A stretch of DNA of 24,000 nt from Marinomonas spartinae (lineage in GTDB: Bacteria > Pseudomonadota > Gammaproteobacteria > Pseudomonadales > Marinomonadaceae): positions 158,500 through 182,499 of the forward strand of contig NZ_FLOB01000008.1 in assembly GCF_900089775.1 (NCBI RefSeq), in the 5' to 3' direction. Under the pieces are notes generated by a model that worked only from the letters and a program-made list of their open reading frames with translations, was not told the DNA's origin and made no database searches. The position numbers were made by a program, and so were the translations under genes. Shown here piece by piece: positions 8,448 to 17,446 of this stretch. Each line of letters starts with the position of its first letter. The stretch's first letter is position 1.

Positions 8448-9662
8448 ATGCGCCTCGCAGTCACCTTTGGTTTTAATCAGGCTATCAGCCACGGATTTGG
8501 TATGTTTTTATTTGCAGCCTTAGTGCCAATGATGCAGCAGACGCTTGATATCAATAGTTGGTATCTTGCGTTAGCAGGTGCACTCACGCAAATTGCGTAT
8601 CTGTGTGGTGCCATGTTATTAGGCGTGATAGGCCATCGCTTAGATTCAGGTCGTACTTTACTTGTTACGGGCTCACTAACCTCTTCTTTGCTGTTTATCA
8701 TGGGATGGCTAGATAACCCCGTCATCATGATTTGTTTACTGGCCATTATGGCCATCAGCGCCGCGATGAGCTGGGGTTCCATTGTAGAATTGGTAACACG
8801 ACATGGACGCGCTGATCGCACAGCAACGAACCTTTCTATCGCCTCCAGTGGTACCGCGTGGGGTTACAGTGTCAACGGTCTGATTATTTTGTTAATCGCA
8901 CCATTGCTTGGCTGGCGCAGCAGTTGGATGGCAGCGGCAGTGTTGGGTATGCTGGTTGTTTTCACCACTTTCACGCTGCTGAAAAGCATGCGCAACCAAG
9001 CACAAAGCCAAGATATTGATGTTAACTTTGCCGTAGCAATGGGCACAAAACAACTATTTAAAACCGTTCTTCGCGAACGAACAGCATTTCTATCATGCTT
9101 TATGCTCTTGTTGGTTGGCGCCTCTACCATAACATTCACCACTTGGCTAAACACCTACTTAGCAGAACTGTCCTTACCGTCTGCTTTAGGCGGGTATACT
9201 TGGGGTATGATTGGTTTGACTGGTATGATCGCAGGCTTCTTTGTGGGCAAATTGGCTGACAAAAAAGGCCACGGCGTAGCACTCTTAAGCATCTTTGGAG
9301 TCTTTGCCTTAAGCTTGGTGGCGTTTTCTTTTCACCCTGCAAAATTCGTAATGCTCGCAGGGTTTGGCTACGGCATGATGTACTTCCCTATTTGGGGCAT
9401 TGTCGCAGGCTGGGTGAACAAACAATACTCATCGAAAGCCACCATGCAAATCAATGGCATTGGTATGGTTACCTTTGGTCTCGGCGGTACCTTAGGCAAC
9501 TTATTAGCGGGTATGATCCATGAGGCGACCGGCAGCTTACAAAATGTTTACTGGTTAATTAGCGCCCTTGGGATTGCACTGTTTATCTTAGCTATGTACA
9601 TCTACCAAAGTGAGCGTCAAACAAAAACCTCCATGGTGGGGGACATCTCGCCAACGGCCTAA
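8448..9662 (+). CDS. MFS transporter (YbfB/MFS_4-like)
   Basis: The track start at 8394 is TTG, whereas the ATG at 8448 has AGGAG 7 nt upstream. The protein is ~404 aa and highly hydrophobic with many TM segments. The N-terminal GFGMFLFAALVPMM resembles the YbfB/YjiJ subgroup, from memory. Confidence 0.8.
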   Translation: MRLAVTFGFNQAISHGFGMFLFAALVPMMQQTLDINSWYLALAGALTQIAYLCGAMLLGVIGHRLDSGRTLLVTGSLTSSLLFIMGWLDNPVIMICLLAIMAISAAMSWGSIVELVTRHGRADRTATNLSIASSGTAWGYSVNGLIILLIAPLLGWRSSWMAAAVLGMLVVFTTFTLLKSMRNQAQSQDIDVNFAVAMGTKQLFKTVLRERTAFLSCFMLLLVGASTITFTTWLNTYLAELSLPSALGGYTWGMIGLTGMIAGFFVGKLADKKGHGVALLSIFGVFALSLVAFSFHPAKFVMLAGFGYGMMYFPIWGIVAGWVNKQYSSKATMQINGIGMVTFGLGGTLGNLLAGMIHEATGSLQNVYWLISALGIALFILAMYIYQSERQTKTSMVGDISPTA

Positions 9663-9714
9663 CCTCGCATCATCCAACGAGTTGGCCTCAAGCTATAAAA
9701 AAGCAGAAGGCATC

Positions 9715-9757
9715 ACGCTAAAGTATGCGGCTTTGCTCTCATACTTTAGCGTTTTTC
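9715..9757. terminator. Bidirectional rho-independent terminator between the convergent MFS and nitrilase genes
   Basis: A 13-bp stem ACGCTAAAGTATG / CATACTTTAGCGT with a 12-nt loop, followed by TTTTT on the plus strand. It abuts the nitrilase stop codon on the minus strand. Confidence 0.65.
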
Positions 9758-10631
9758 ACATCGGGCCTCGCAAAGCAAATTGCTTGGGCCAATCTCGGTG
9801 ATTAAACACTTGTCCGTGTTGGCGAATGCTGGCGATTTCAGCCAAATCTAGGGTAGCAAATACCCAACCAGCATCAGCATTACCCCCTTGCACCAAAATC
9901 CCATTATCTGGAAAGCCATAATCGACTGGCGTATAGACGCTTGCTCGTCCCATATTCACATCCACCGCTTCTGACCAAGACGCATTGCCAATGGTAGGCG
10001 ACTGTACCACATAACATTGATTCTCCAAGGCGCGCGCTTGGCAACCAATGCGCACCCGATGAAAACCCGCTTGCGTATCCGTACAGCTTGGCACCAACAA
10101 TAAGTCAGCTCCCGCCGCCACTTGCTGTCTGGCAATCATGGGAAATTCTGAGTCATAGCAAATATGAATACCTAAGCGCCCTAAGTCCGTATCAATCACC
10201 TTAATCTGATCACCACTACTAATATGCCATTGCTCGTTTTCAAAGCGTGTCATCATCAGCTTATCTTGGAAATCGATTAACCCCTCAGGGCCAAACAAAT
10301 TGGCGCGATTAACAAAACAGTTACCGCCTTGCAGAGTTGGAAAGGAACTGGCGAGAATCATCACATTATGACATTTGGCCAGTGCCGCATGCAGATCGAG
10401 CCACTTAGGAAGCAGCGTTTGCATAGCGTGAATCTGGCGCTGCAAATCACTGCAAACCTCCTCGCCAAATAAAGACGCCAGCTCCATACTGCCATATTCG
10501 GGAAAAACCAATAACTCTGCTCCCTGTTGCGTCGCCTCCGCGACCCAATTGGTGAGCTTATTAGCAAAGTCTTCCCATGCAGAAAAAAAGCCTATGTCGT
10601 ATTGTGCTGCTGCCAGTTTAAATGCACTCAT
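9756..10631 (-). CDS. Carbon-nitrogen hydrolase (nitrilase superfamily amidase)
   Basis: A candidate Glu-Lys-Cys triad is present: VFPEYG, DFQDKLMMTRFE and IHICYDSEFP. The protein is 291 aa, and its start lies 3 nt after the GNAT stop. Confidence 0.85.
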   Translation of the reverse strand: MSAFKLAAAQYDIGFFSAWEDFANKLTNWVAEATQQGAELLVFPEYGSMELASLFGEEVCSDLQRQIHAMQTLLPKWLDLHAALAKCHNVMILASSFPTLQGGNCFVNRANLFGPEGLIDFQDKLMMTRFENEQWHISSGDQIKVIDTDLGRLGIHICYDSEFPMIARQQVAAGADLLLVPSCTDTQAGFHRVRIGCQARALENQCYVVQSPTIGNASWSEAVDVNMGRASVYTPVDYGFPDNGILVQGGNADAGWVFATLDLAEIASIRQHGQVFNHRDWPKQFALRGPM

Positions 10632-10634
10632 CGC

Positions 10635-11234
10635 TTAAAAGTACTCATAAAGAGATTTCATCCAAAATATCATAGGCTTACGGGTTTCTTCATGGTCGCC
10701 CCTATCTTTCCAGCTAAAATAGGTCATCAATTCTGGCCGTTTCTCATAACCACGATGCTGCCAAAAAGTATCCAACGGTTGATAATCCGCAGGACGAGCG
10801 GGATGATCCTCAGGACGCTGCACGCCGCAAAAGCACGAGTATTTGATCCCCGCAAGGGCTTTTCCATGCGTTTCCCGGTGTTCAAAGAACGCCACCCCCG
10901 CCCCTTGTCCTCGATATTCAGACAACAAGACAGATTCACCACAATAGAAAATCTCGTCAATATTAAAGCCAGCGTCGACAAAAGGCTGTTTTACTTCTGC
11001 TGTCTCATGTCTAAGCGGCACACCTGTTGACGCCCCCACTACTTTATCGCTATCAAAGGCCAGCACAATGACACTGTTTGGTGCGTCAATATAGGTCTTT
11101 AGATAACGCGCTTCGTAAGCCAAATCCCCATCATAAAGATAAGGAAAATCCCGAAACACACGCATTCGCAGCTCAGCAAGTTGAGAAATGTATTGAGTCA
11201 ATTGCGAGCCCGAGAGAGATTGAAAAGTCAGCAT
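10635..11234 (-). CDS. GNAT-family N-acetyltransferase
   Basis: 199 aa. The acetyl-CoA motif A is YRGQGAGVAFFEHRE (Q/R-x-x-G-x-G/A). Confidence 0.75.
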   Translation of the reverse strand: MLTFQSLSGSQLTQYISQLAELRMRVFRDFPYLYDGDLAYEARYLKTYIDAPNSVIVLAFDSDKVVGASTGVPLRHETAEVKQPFVDAGFNIDEIFYCGESVLLSEYRGQGAGVAFFEHRETHGKALAGIKYSCFCGVQRPEDHPARPADYQPLDTFWQHRGYEKRPELMTYFSWKDRGDHEETRKPMIFWMKSLYEYF

Positions 11235-11252
11235 AATGTTATTCCGCCTAGC

Positions 11253-11660
11253 TTAAGCAGAGACCTGGGCAATCCAGTCTTCAAGATTATAGTAGTTGGT
11301 CACACGGGCTACTTTTCCATCGCGGATATCAAAGAAAGCTCCGGCTGGCAGTTTGTAGGTCTGGCCGTTTGCGTCTGGCAACCCGCCATCGGTCCCTAAG
11401 TACTCACCCAGCACAGTAAACTCCACCGCCGCACGGTCACCCGCTGGATTCGACATCACCACAATATCGACAATGGTTTCTTTGTAATTGCGATTCATAC
11501 GCGCCATAAAGGCGGCAAACCTGTCTTTGCCCACTTCACGATTCCCTTGATTAATGTCATGGACCACATCGTCCGTTAGTAACGACAAAAAGGTATCCAT
11601 ATCTTGGGCGTTAAATGCGTCGTAATATTGTTGCAATAATTCAACCGTGGCTTGACTCAT
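11253..11660 (-). CDS. SnoaL-like / NTF2-fold protein (ketosteroid-isomerase-like)
   Basis: I trimmed the TTG track start to the ATG at 11658-11660, which has GGAG upstream. LLQQYYDAFNAQDMDTFLSLLTDDVVHD is a typical SnoaL/NTF2 N-terminal helix. The protein is ~135 aa. Confidence 0.7.
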   Translation of the reverse strand: MSQATVELLQQYYDAFNAQDMDTFLSLLTDDVVHDINQGNREVGKDRFAAFMARMNRNYKETIVDIVVMSNPAGDRAAVEFTVLGEYLGTDGGLPDANGQTYKLPAGAFFDIRDGKVARVTNYYNLEDWIAQVSA

Positions 11661-11785
11661 GGGCAAGACTCCAAACAAAGAAAAATCAAAGCCCGAATGG
11701 TAATAATTTAACTTTGCACGAGAAAGGCTTTTTTAACACGAGTGGCCTAATCAGACAAAAAACTGTCGAGGCTTGAACAAGTTAT

Positions 11786-11821
11786 AAAAAAATCGAACCC
11801 ATTTCTGAGTTCGATTTTTTT
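11786..11821 (-). terminator. Rho-independent terminator after pyrC (symmetric A/T flanks)
   Basis: AAAAAA-ATCGAAC-(10 nt)-GTTCGAT-TTTTTT, 19 nt past the pyrC stop. Confidence 0.6.
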
Positions 11822-11840
11822 ATAGAGCCAACAAACAGTT

Positions 11841-12875
11841 TTATTTTTTCAACTTCCAAGCCACTGGTTTTCCAGCAAAGAAAGGCACTATAGGCTCGCC
11901 ATTCGGCAGAGTAATACTATTTGGCACTTCCCATGGCTCGCGAATCAAGGTAACCGTTTGCGTGTTGCGAGGCAGTCCATAAAAATCCGCGCCGTGCAAA
12001 CTGGCAAAACCTTCTAGCTTATCTAACGCGTCCAGCTCATCAAACACTTGCGCATACAGCTCAAGGGCGGACCAAGCACTGTAGCAACCCGCACAGCCAC
12101 AGTCGGATTCTTTGCGATGTTTAGCATGGGGCGCCGAATCGGTGCCTAAAAAGAATTTCGGCGAGCCGGATTGGACAGCTGCACGCAAAGCCTCTTGGTG
12201 AGTACTGCGTTTGAGCACTGGCAAGCAATAGTTATGGGGACGAATACCACCATCCAACATATCATTGCGATTCAACAATAAATGCTGTGGTGTAATAGTG
12301 GCCGCCACACCTTCGCGGGCATTAAGCACAAAATCAGCGGCATCTTTTGTGGTGATGTGCTCAAATACCACTTTTAAATGTGGCACCCGCTCAACAATAT
12401 TCACCATATGCTGATCGATAAAGGCTTTTTCACGATCAAAAATATCAATGTGTTTTTGTGTCACTTCACCATGAATCAACAACAACATGTCATTGTCTGC
12501 TAGCGCCTCAAACACAGGGTAAAGCGACTCAAGGGAATTCACGCCAGAATCGGAATTGGTTGTCGCCCCCGCCGGATACATTTTTGCAGCAAGAACCCCC
12601 GCTTTTTTCGCCTCTTGAATATCTTGAACGCTGGTTTTATCTGTCAAATAGATCGTCATCAGAGGCGTAAAAGAACTCCCCTCAGGTCGAGCAGCCATAA
12701 TGCGCTCTTTATAACTCAATGCTAATTCAGCATTGATCACTGGCGGAACAAGGTTAGGCATAACGACGGCTCTGGCAAAGCAGCGTGCGGTGGCAGGCAC
12801 CGTTTCGAGCAACATATCCTCGTCACGAAAATGTAAGTGCCAATCATCCGGTTTAATAATAGTAATTTCGTTCAT
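11841..12875 (-). CDS. pyrC: Dihydroorotase, class II (E. coli type)
   Basis: I trimmed the start to the ATG at 12873-12875 ([18 protein letters not shown]...). The sequence is collinear with E. coli PyrC ([38 protein letters not shown]). It is 344 aa versus 348 in E. coli. Confidence 0.93.
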   Translation of the reverse strand: MNEITIIKPDDWHLHFRDEDMLLETVPATARCFARAVVMPNLVPPVINAELALSYKERIMAARPEGSSFTPLMTIYLTDKTSVQDIQEAKKAGVLAAKMYPAGATTNSDSGVNSLESLYPVFEALADNDMLLLIHGEVTQKHIDIFDREKAFIDQHMVNIVERVPHLKVVFEHITTKDAADFVLNAREGVAATITPQHLLLNRNDMLDGGIRPHNYCLPVLKRSTHQEALRAAVQSGSPKFFLGTDSAPHAKHRKESDCGCAGCYSAWSALELYAQVFDELDALDKLEGFASLHGADFYGLPRNTQTVTLIREPWEVPNSITLPNGEPIVPFFAGKPVAWKLKK

Positions 12876-13003
12876 TACAGGCCTTATGTGGTAAAGAAGG
12901 GAAAGCCTTTGCATATTAACAGCCGTTTGGATTTTAGCAGAATAAAAACAAAGTCGCAGCGCCCATCTATCGGTTAGGACTGTTCCTTCCACATCACGGA
13001 CAC

Positions 13004-13038
13004 AAAAAAAACCGAACAAATTGCTCTGCTCGGCTTTT
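13004..13038 (-). terminator. Rho-independent terminator after deaD
   Basis: Minus strand: CCGAGCA-(8 nt)-TGTTCGG with one G-U pair, followed by TTTTTTTT. It lies ~55 nt past the deaD stop. Confidence 0.55.
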
Positions 13039-13092
13039 TGATGTCTTCTCAAAACTTATCGTGTATCGAAAACAATAAGCTGATCGGAATGA

Positions 13093-14964
13093 TTAGCTGT
13101 CTTTACGTGGCGCTCTTGGGCGACGATCACCGCGATTGTTATCACGATCACGACCACCAGGAGCACGACGGCGTTCACCAGATGCATTAGAAGGACGGCG
13201 ATCACCAGAAGGACGCTTACGAGCAGAAGGAGCCGCTGCACGCTTGTTCAACGCATCCGCATCTTCTAGCTTGGCAATATCAGATCGCTGACCACAGATA
13301 CGCGTCTTACCCAACTTACCTAGGGCTTCACCTGTCAAATTAGAAGGCAAATCCACTGTTGCAAAGTCTTCATAAATCTCGATATGGCCAATGTAACGAC
13401 TTTCAATATCCGCTTCATTGGCAATGGCACCGACGATATTACCAGGCTTAACACCATCACTGTAACCCACTTGAACCACGTAACGTGTCATCGCCGTATC
13501 TGGATCATCTTTTAACGGCATCGCTTCCGCTGTCACTGGACGCTGTTTACGAGGAGCACGTTCTGGACGGTCGCCACGCGAGCCACGATCTGAGCGGTCA
13601 CCACGATCCGAACGTTCACGACGCTCTTGACGTACTTCCATTTCAGACAATAACAACGAGGTTTTACCTTGAGCCATATGAGCCAACGCCGCCGCCATTT
13701 TTAATGGATCCACTTCGTTTTCTTTTTGGTACTCTTGAACAAGCTCTAAGAAGAAATCAAGATCTTCGTTGTCCATGGTCTCAGTGATGCGCTGTTTAAA
13801 GCGGCTAACACGCTGCTGATTAATGTCAGAAGCAGTAGGCAACTGCATCTTTTCAATGGGTTGGCGAGTCGCACGCTCAATCGCTTGCAACATACGACGC
13901 TCACGGTTAGCAACGAACAAAATCGCGGTACCTGAACGACCAGCACGGCCAGTACGACCAATACGGTGAACATAAGATTCTGTATCGTATGGAATGTCGT
14001 AGTTTACTACGTGACTAACACGCTCTACGTCCAAACCACGCGCTACCACGTCTGTAGCAACAAGAATATCGATCTGACCATTTTTGATGCGGTCAACCGT
14101 ACGTTCACGCAAATTCTGGCTAATGTCACCGTTAAGGGCTTCACAAGCATGACCGCGAGCCGTTAGCTTTTCAGCTAACTCAACCGTTGCCGCTTTGGTA
14201 CGAACAAAGATGATCATGCCATCGTGTTCGTTCATTTCAAGAATACGGGTCAAAGCGTCCAGTTTGTGCAGGCCGCTCACTTGCCAGTATTTTTGCGTAA
14301 TCGTCATAGCAGTTGATGTTTTCGTTACGATTTTTACTTCTTTTGGATTATTCAAATGGCGGTTTGCCACTTGGCGAATCACAGAAGGCATGGTCGCAGA
14401 AAACAGTGCGATTTGGCGCGTAGGCGGTGTTTGCTCTAGGATCCATTCGACATCGTCGATGAAGCCCATGCGCAACATTTCGTCTGCTTCATCCAAAACC
14501 AACGCTTTAAGCGTATCCAGTTTTAGGGTTTTGCGACGAATATGGTCCATAACACGACCAGGCGTACCCACAACGACTTGCACGCCACGTCTTAGCTGGC
14601 GGAGTTGAGTGTCGTATGACATGCCGCCGTAAATGGGCAAAACATGAAAATCTGGAATATTACGGGCATAACTTTGAAATGCTTCAGAAACCTGAATAGC
14701 AAGTTCACGAGTTGGAGCCAATACAAGTAGTTGTGTCGTTTTATCTGTAACATCAATGCGAGACAGCAGCGGAAGCGCAAACGCCGCCGTCTTACCAGTA
14801 CCCGTCTGCGCTTGCCCAAGAAGATCGCGACCTTCTAATAGATATGGAATACTTTGCGCTTGGATAGCTGAGGGTTGCTCATAACCGAGATCGGCAACCG
14901 CTTTAAGAACAGGGGCTATTAGACCCAACGAATCAAATGTAGGCTGAATATCAGCGTCAGACAT
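13093..14964 (-). CDS. deaD: Cold-shock DEAD-box RNA helicase DeaD/CsdA
   Basis: Q-motif GYEQPSAIQ, motif I AQTGTGKT, Ia PTRELA, II DEAD, III SAT, VI HRIGRTGRAG. A DbpA-like C-terminal RNA-binding region and an Arg/Asp/Gly-rich tail are present. The protein is 623 aa. Confidence 0.93.
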   Translation of the reverse strand: MSDADIQPTFDSLGLIAPVLKAVADLGYEQPSAIQAQSIPYLLEGRDLLGQAQTGTGKTAAFALPLLSRIDVTDKTTQLLVLAPTRELAIQVSEAFQSYARNIPDFHVLPIYGGMSYDTQLRQLRRGVQVVVGTPGRVMDHIRRKTLKLDTLKALVLDEADEMLRMGFIDDVEWILEQTPPTRQIALFSATMPSVIRQVANRHLNNPKEVKIVTKTSTAMTITQKYWQVSGLHKLDALTRILEMNEHDGMIIFVRTKAATVELAEKLTARGHACEALNGDISQNLRERTVDRIKNGQIDILVATDVVARGLDVERVSHVVNYDIPYDTESYVHRIGRTGRAGRSGTAILFVANRERRMLQAIERATRQPIEKMQLPTASDINQQRVSRFKQRITETMDNEDLDFFLELVQEYQKENEVDPLKMAAALAHMAQGKTSLLLSEMEVRQERRERSDRGDRSDRGSRGDRPERAPRKQRPVTAEAMPLKDDPDTAMTRYVVQVGYSDGVKPGNIVGAIANEADIESRYIGHIEIYEDFATVDLPSNLTGEALGKLGKTRICGQRSDIAKLEDADALNKRAAAPSARKRPSGDRRPSNASGERRRAPGGRDRDNNRGDRRPRAPRKDS

Positions 14965-15062
14965 GTAAATGTGTACCTTTTTTTGGTGGGAGTAAGGCGT
15001 GCAATCATTTTACATGCCTTAACAAAATTCTCTGGAATTTTCTGAGGAAAACCTAGTGGACT

Positions 15063-15091
15063 ATTATAGCTAAATAATTAAAATTTAGCTA
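15063..15091 (-). promoter_or_regulatory. Candidate deaD promoter -10 (TATAAT) embedded in a 9-bp inverted repeat
   Basis: The minus strand reads ...TAGCTAAATTTTAATTATTTAGCTATAATAG... A perfect TATAAT is at 15063-15068. The dyad TAGCTAAAT-N7-ATTTAGCTA spans 15067-15091. The -35 (TAGCTA) is weak. The site is ~100 nt upstream of the deaD ATG. Confidence 0.3.
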
Positions 15092-15299
15092 GGGGGCTTT
15101 TATCAAAGCCGATAACTTAATGTTTTTTTATTTGTTTCTATGCCAAAAAACTATTTAAAGGAGACCTTTGCAAGATGTCACGAGCGACGCCAAGACGCGG
15201 CAAAAACAGACGAGAAAGCGGAGTTTATAGTTATAAATGAGCATTTGGAGTCTGTTTTTTAACAAAGTATTGGCAAAGGCAGTAGTCGTGCAAAAGCCT

Positions 15300-16067
15300 C
15301 TAAAGGGGTGTTTGACGATAAAACAAACATAATAAGCGATAGACCTCCGGCATAGTATGAATCATCGCCTCCGGCGCCTCAAAGAAGGTTTCACTACATA
15401 CTGCAAAAAATTCCGCTGGACTGGTCAATGCGTATACATCAATAGGTAAAGCTACGTGGTGCTCTACATTTCGTTCTAAACGCCCCCAAGCTGACATAAA
15501 CACATCATGCCACTCTCCTGCGTCCATTCCGGGATGCATCGGCGGTGCCCCATTGGCCCCATCGCGCAGCATGTCTAATTTATGGGCAAACTCATGAATC
15601 ACCACATTGCTCGCTTTGCCATGACGCGCTTGAGGGCCAGACTCTAAAATCGATTGCCATGACAAAATAACTGGCCCACGTAGCCAAGCTTCGCCGCTTA
15701 ATCCTGAGCCTCTTTCATGCACAACACCATCTGCTGTTCGATAGGTTCGTGGCGGAAGAAAGTCCCCTTCATAAACCACAATGCTGTGCACATGATCGTA
15801 CCAATTCAGTCCCAAATGTAAAATTGGCACACAGGCCATGGTGGCCAGTTTCATATAAACAGATTCAGTAAGCTCGAAGTCGCCGCCTGCCGAAAAGCTT
15901 TTACGAACCAAAAAGCGAAAGGTTAATGCTCTTAGCGCAGCTCGCTCTTCCCCTTGAAAGCGCGCCGCCACTGGCCAATCGGCAATGGAAGCCTCCCACA
16001 TTTCTGAGGTAAAGCCAGCTTCTTTAATTCGTCTACTTTCTAACCACTCACGAACATGCTCGAACAT
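15300..16067 (-). CDS. mtfA: MtfA-like zinc peptidase (M90 family, Mlc titration factor A homolog)
   Basis: The sequence is collinear with E. coli MtfA as I recall it (GFEL..., LGL.W, GP.IL.W, IHEFAHKLD as the HExxH motif, EFFAV.SE.FF..P). The track start at 16079 is GTG, so I used the ATG at 16065-16067 (MFEHVREWL). Confidence 0.8.
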   Translation of the reverse strand: MFEHVREWLESRRIKEAGFTSEMWEASIADWPVAARFQGEERAALRALTFRFLVRKSFSAGGDFELTESVYMKLATMACVPILHLGLNWYDHVHSIVVYEGDFLPPRTYRTADGVVHERGSGLSGEAWLRGPVILSWQSILESGPQARHGKASNVVIHEFAHKLDMLRDGANGAPPMHPGMDAGEWHDVFMSAWGRLERNVEHHVALPIDVYALTSPAEFFAVCSETFFEAPEAMIHTMPEVYRLLCLFYRQTPL

Positions 16068-16165
16068 AGTGCCACTCACTTATAGGTATTATCGCCAGCC
16101 GACATGCGAACGCCTTTTCATTGAAAACAACCCCATAGCGCACGCTGAAAAGCACATTATTAATC

Positions 16166-16201
16166 AAAAAACACAGGCGCCCAATGGGCAATCTGTGTTT
16201 T
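16166..16201 (-). terminator. Hairpin terminator downstream of the MetE-like gene
   Basis: AAAACACAG-(16 nt, with an inner GCCC/GGGC pair)-CTGTGTTTT, followed by more T on the minus strand. It lies ~110 nt past the stop. Confidence 0.45.
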
Positions 16202-16312
16202 AACATGACTTTTCTACTCAATGACAAACAATGTTAGACAAAGAGCGATTGTTTTTATAGAAATGGACGAACTCTATAGACCTAAGAAAAGACAAAGACT
16301 TAAGAGTAAAGT

Positions 16313-17446
16313 TTAAGAAGCCCAAACTTGATCAGCCACTTGGTTGAGTAGACGAATTTTATTCCATTGATCATCAATAGTTAGCTTATTACCCTCAGCG
16401 GTCGAGGCAAAACCACACTGGGGACTAATACATAAATTATCTAAAGGAACATAGTCCGATGCTTCTTTAATACGAGCTTTAATCAACTCGGAATCTTCAA
16501 GCTCAGGAAATTTAGAGGTCACTAAGCCCAGCACAATACGCGCCTCTTTTCCTTCGCAATAACGCAATGGAGCAAAGTCCCCTGCTCGGTCATTATCATA
16601 CTCAAGGAAAAAACCATCGTAGTGGGTCGCAAACAAGGCCTTAGCGACCGGCTCATAACCACCGGAGAACAACCAAGAAGACGCATGATTACCACGACAA
16701 ATATGGGTTGTGATCACCAGGTCATCCGGTTTGTCTGCTAAGGATTGATTAATAATTTGCGTACAAATATCACTGATTTTATCGGGATCAATGCCGCGTG
16801 CTACCAAGCCATCACGCTTATCTGCATCTACAAGAAACGCCCAGTTTGTATCGTCAAACTGCAAATAGCGACAGCCGTGGGCATAATAGGCCTGAATCGC
16901 ATCACGATAGGTTTGCGCTAAGTCGTGATAAAACCCATCCACATCGGCATAAATCTCATCTAAACGAGACGAACCATCATTAGCCAAGATTTCTTGACGT
17001 AAGATCATCGTGGGACTTGGAATCGTCGCCTTGGCAACACTCCCATCACCCGTTTCAGCAGCCTTTTTAAGAAAGTCAAAATGCGCTAAGAAGGGGTGGT
17101 TAGGATTAAATGAGACTTTGCCAGACACACGAATATTATAAGAAGGTGCATCTTTTCCTTTAAACTGCTGATTGTAGCCTGCCTCGGGTACATAGCCTTC
17201 CACACCATTAAGGTTTTCTAGGAAATCGATATGCCACCAACTACGACGAAATTCACCATCAGTAATCGCCTTTAACCCTGCCGCTTTTTGCTGCTCAACC
17301 AGCTCTAAAATGGCGCGATCTTCCACCGTGGTTAGTGCCATTCGATCAATAGCACCTTCTTTGAACTCAGCACGAGCTTGATGAAGATATTTAGGACGCA
17401 GATAGCTACCAACAACATCAGCGCGTAAAGGAAAACGAACATCCAT
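16313..17446 (-). CDS. Cobalamin-independent methionine synthase family protein, catalytic (C-terminal MetE) domain only (YxjG/YxjH-like core-MetE)
   Basis: ~377 aa, about half the length of MetE. Zn-ligand motifs are retained: THICRGNH (His-x-Cys), FLEYD (Glu) and SPQCGF (Cys). I trimmed the start to the ATG at 17444-17446, which has AGAGG 7 nt upstream; the track start at 17464 is TTG. Confidence 0.85.
   Translation of the reverse strand: MDVRFPLRADVVGSYLRPKYLHQARAEFKEGAIDRMALTTVEDRAILELVEQQKAAGLKAITDGEFRRSWWHIDFLENLNGVEGYVPEAGYNQQFKGKDAPSYNIRVSGKVSFNPNHPFLAHFDFLKKAAETGDGSVAKATIPSPTMILRQEILANDGSSRLDEIYADVDGFYHDLAQTYRDAIQAYYAHGCRYLQFDDTNWAFLVDADKRDGLVARGIDPDKISDICTQIINQSLADKPDDLVITTHICRGNHASSWLFSGGYEPVAKALFATHYDGFFLEYDNDRAGDFAPLRYCEGKEARIVLGLVTSKFPELEDSELIKARIKEASDYVPLDNLCISPQCGFASTAEGNKLTIDDQWNKIRLLNQVADQVWAS

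Noticed and set aside
13056-13241. A 61-aa ORF rich in Val/Leu/Ile, overlapping the deaD 3' end in another frame.
   Set aside because: It is a frame-shifted reading of the repetitive Arg/Asp-coding DNA of the DeaD tail, and it extends past the deaD stop towards the terminator, so it is an artefact.
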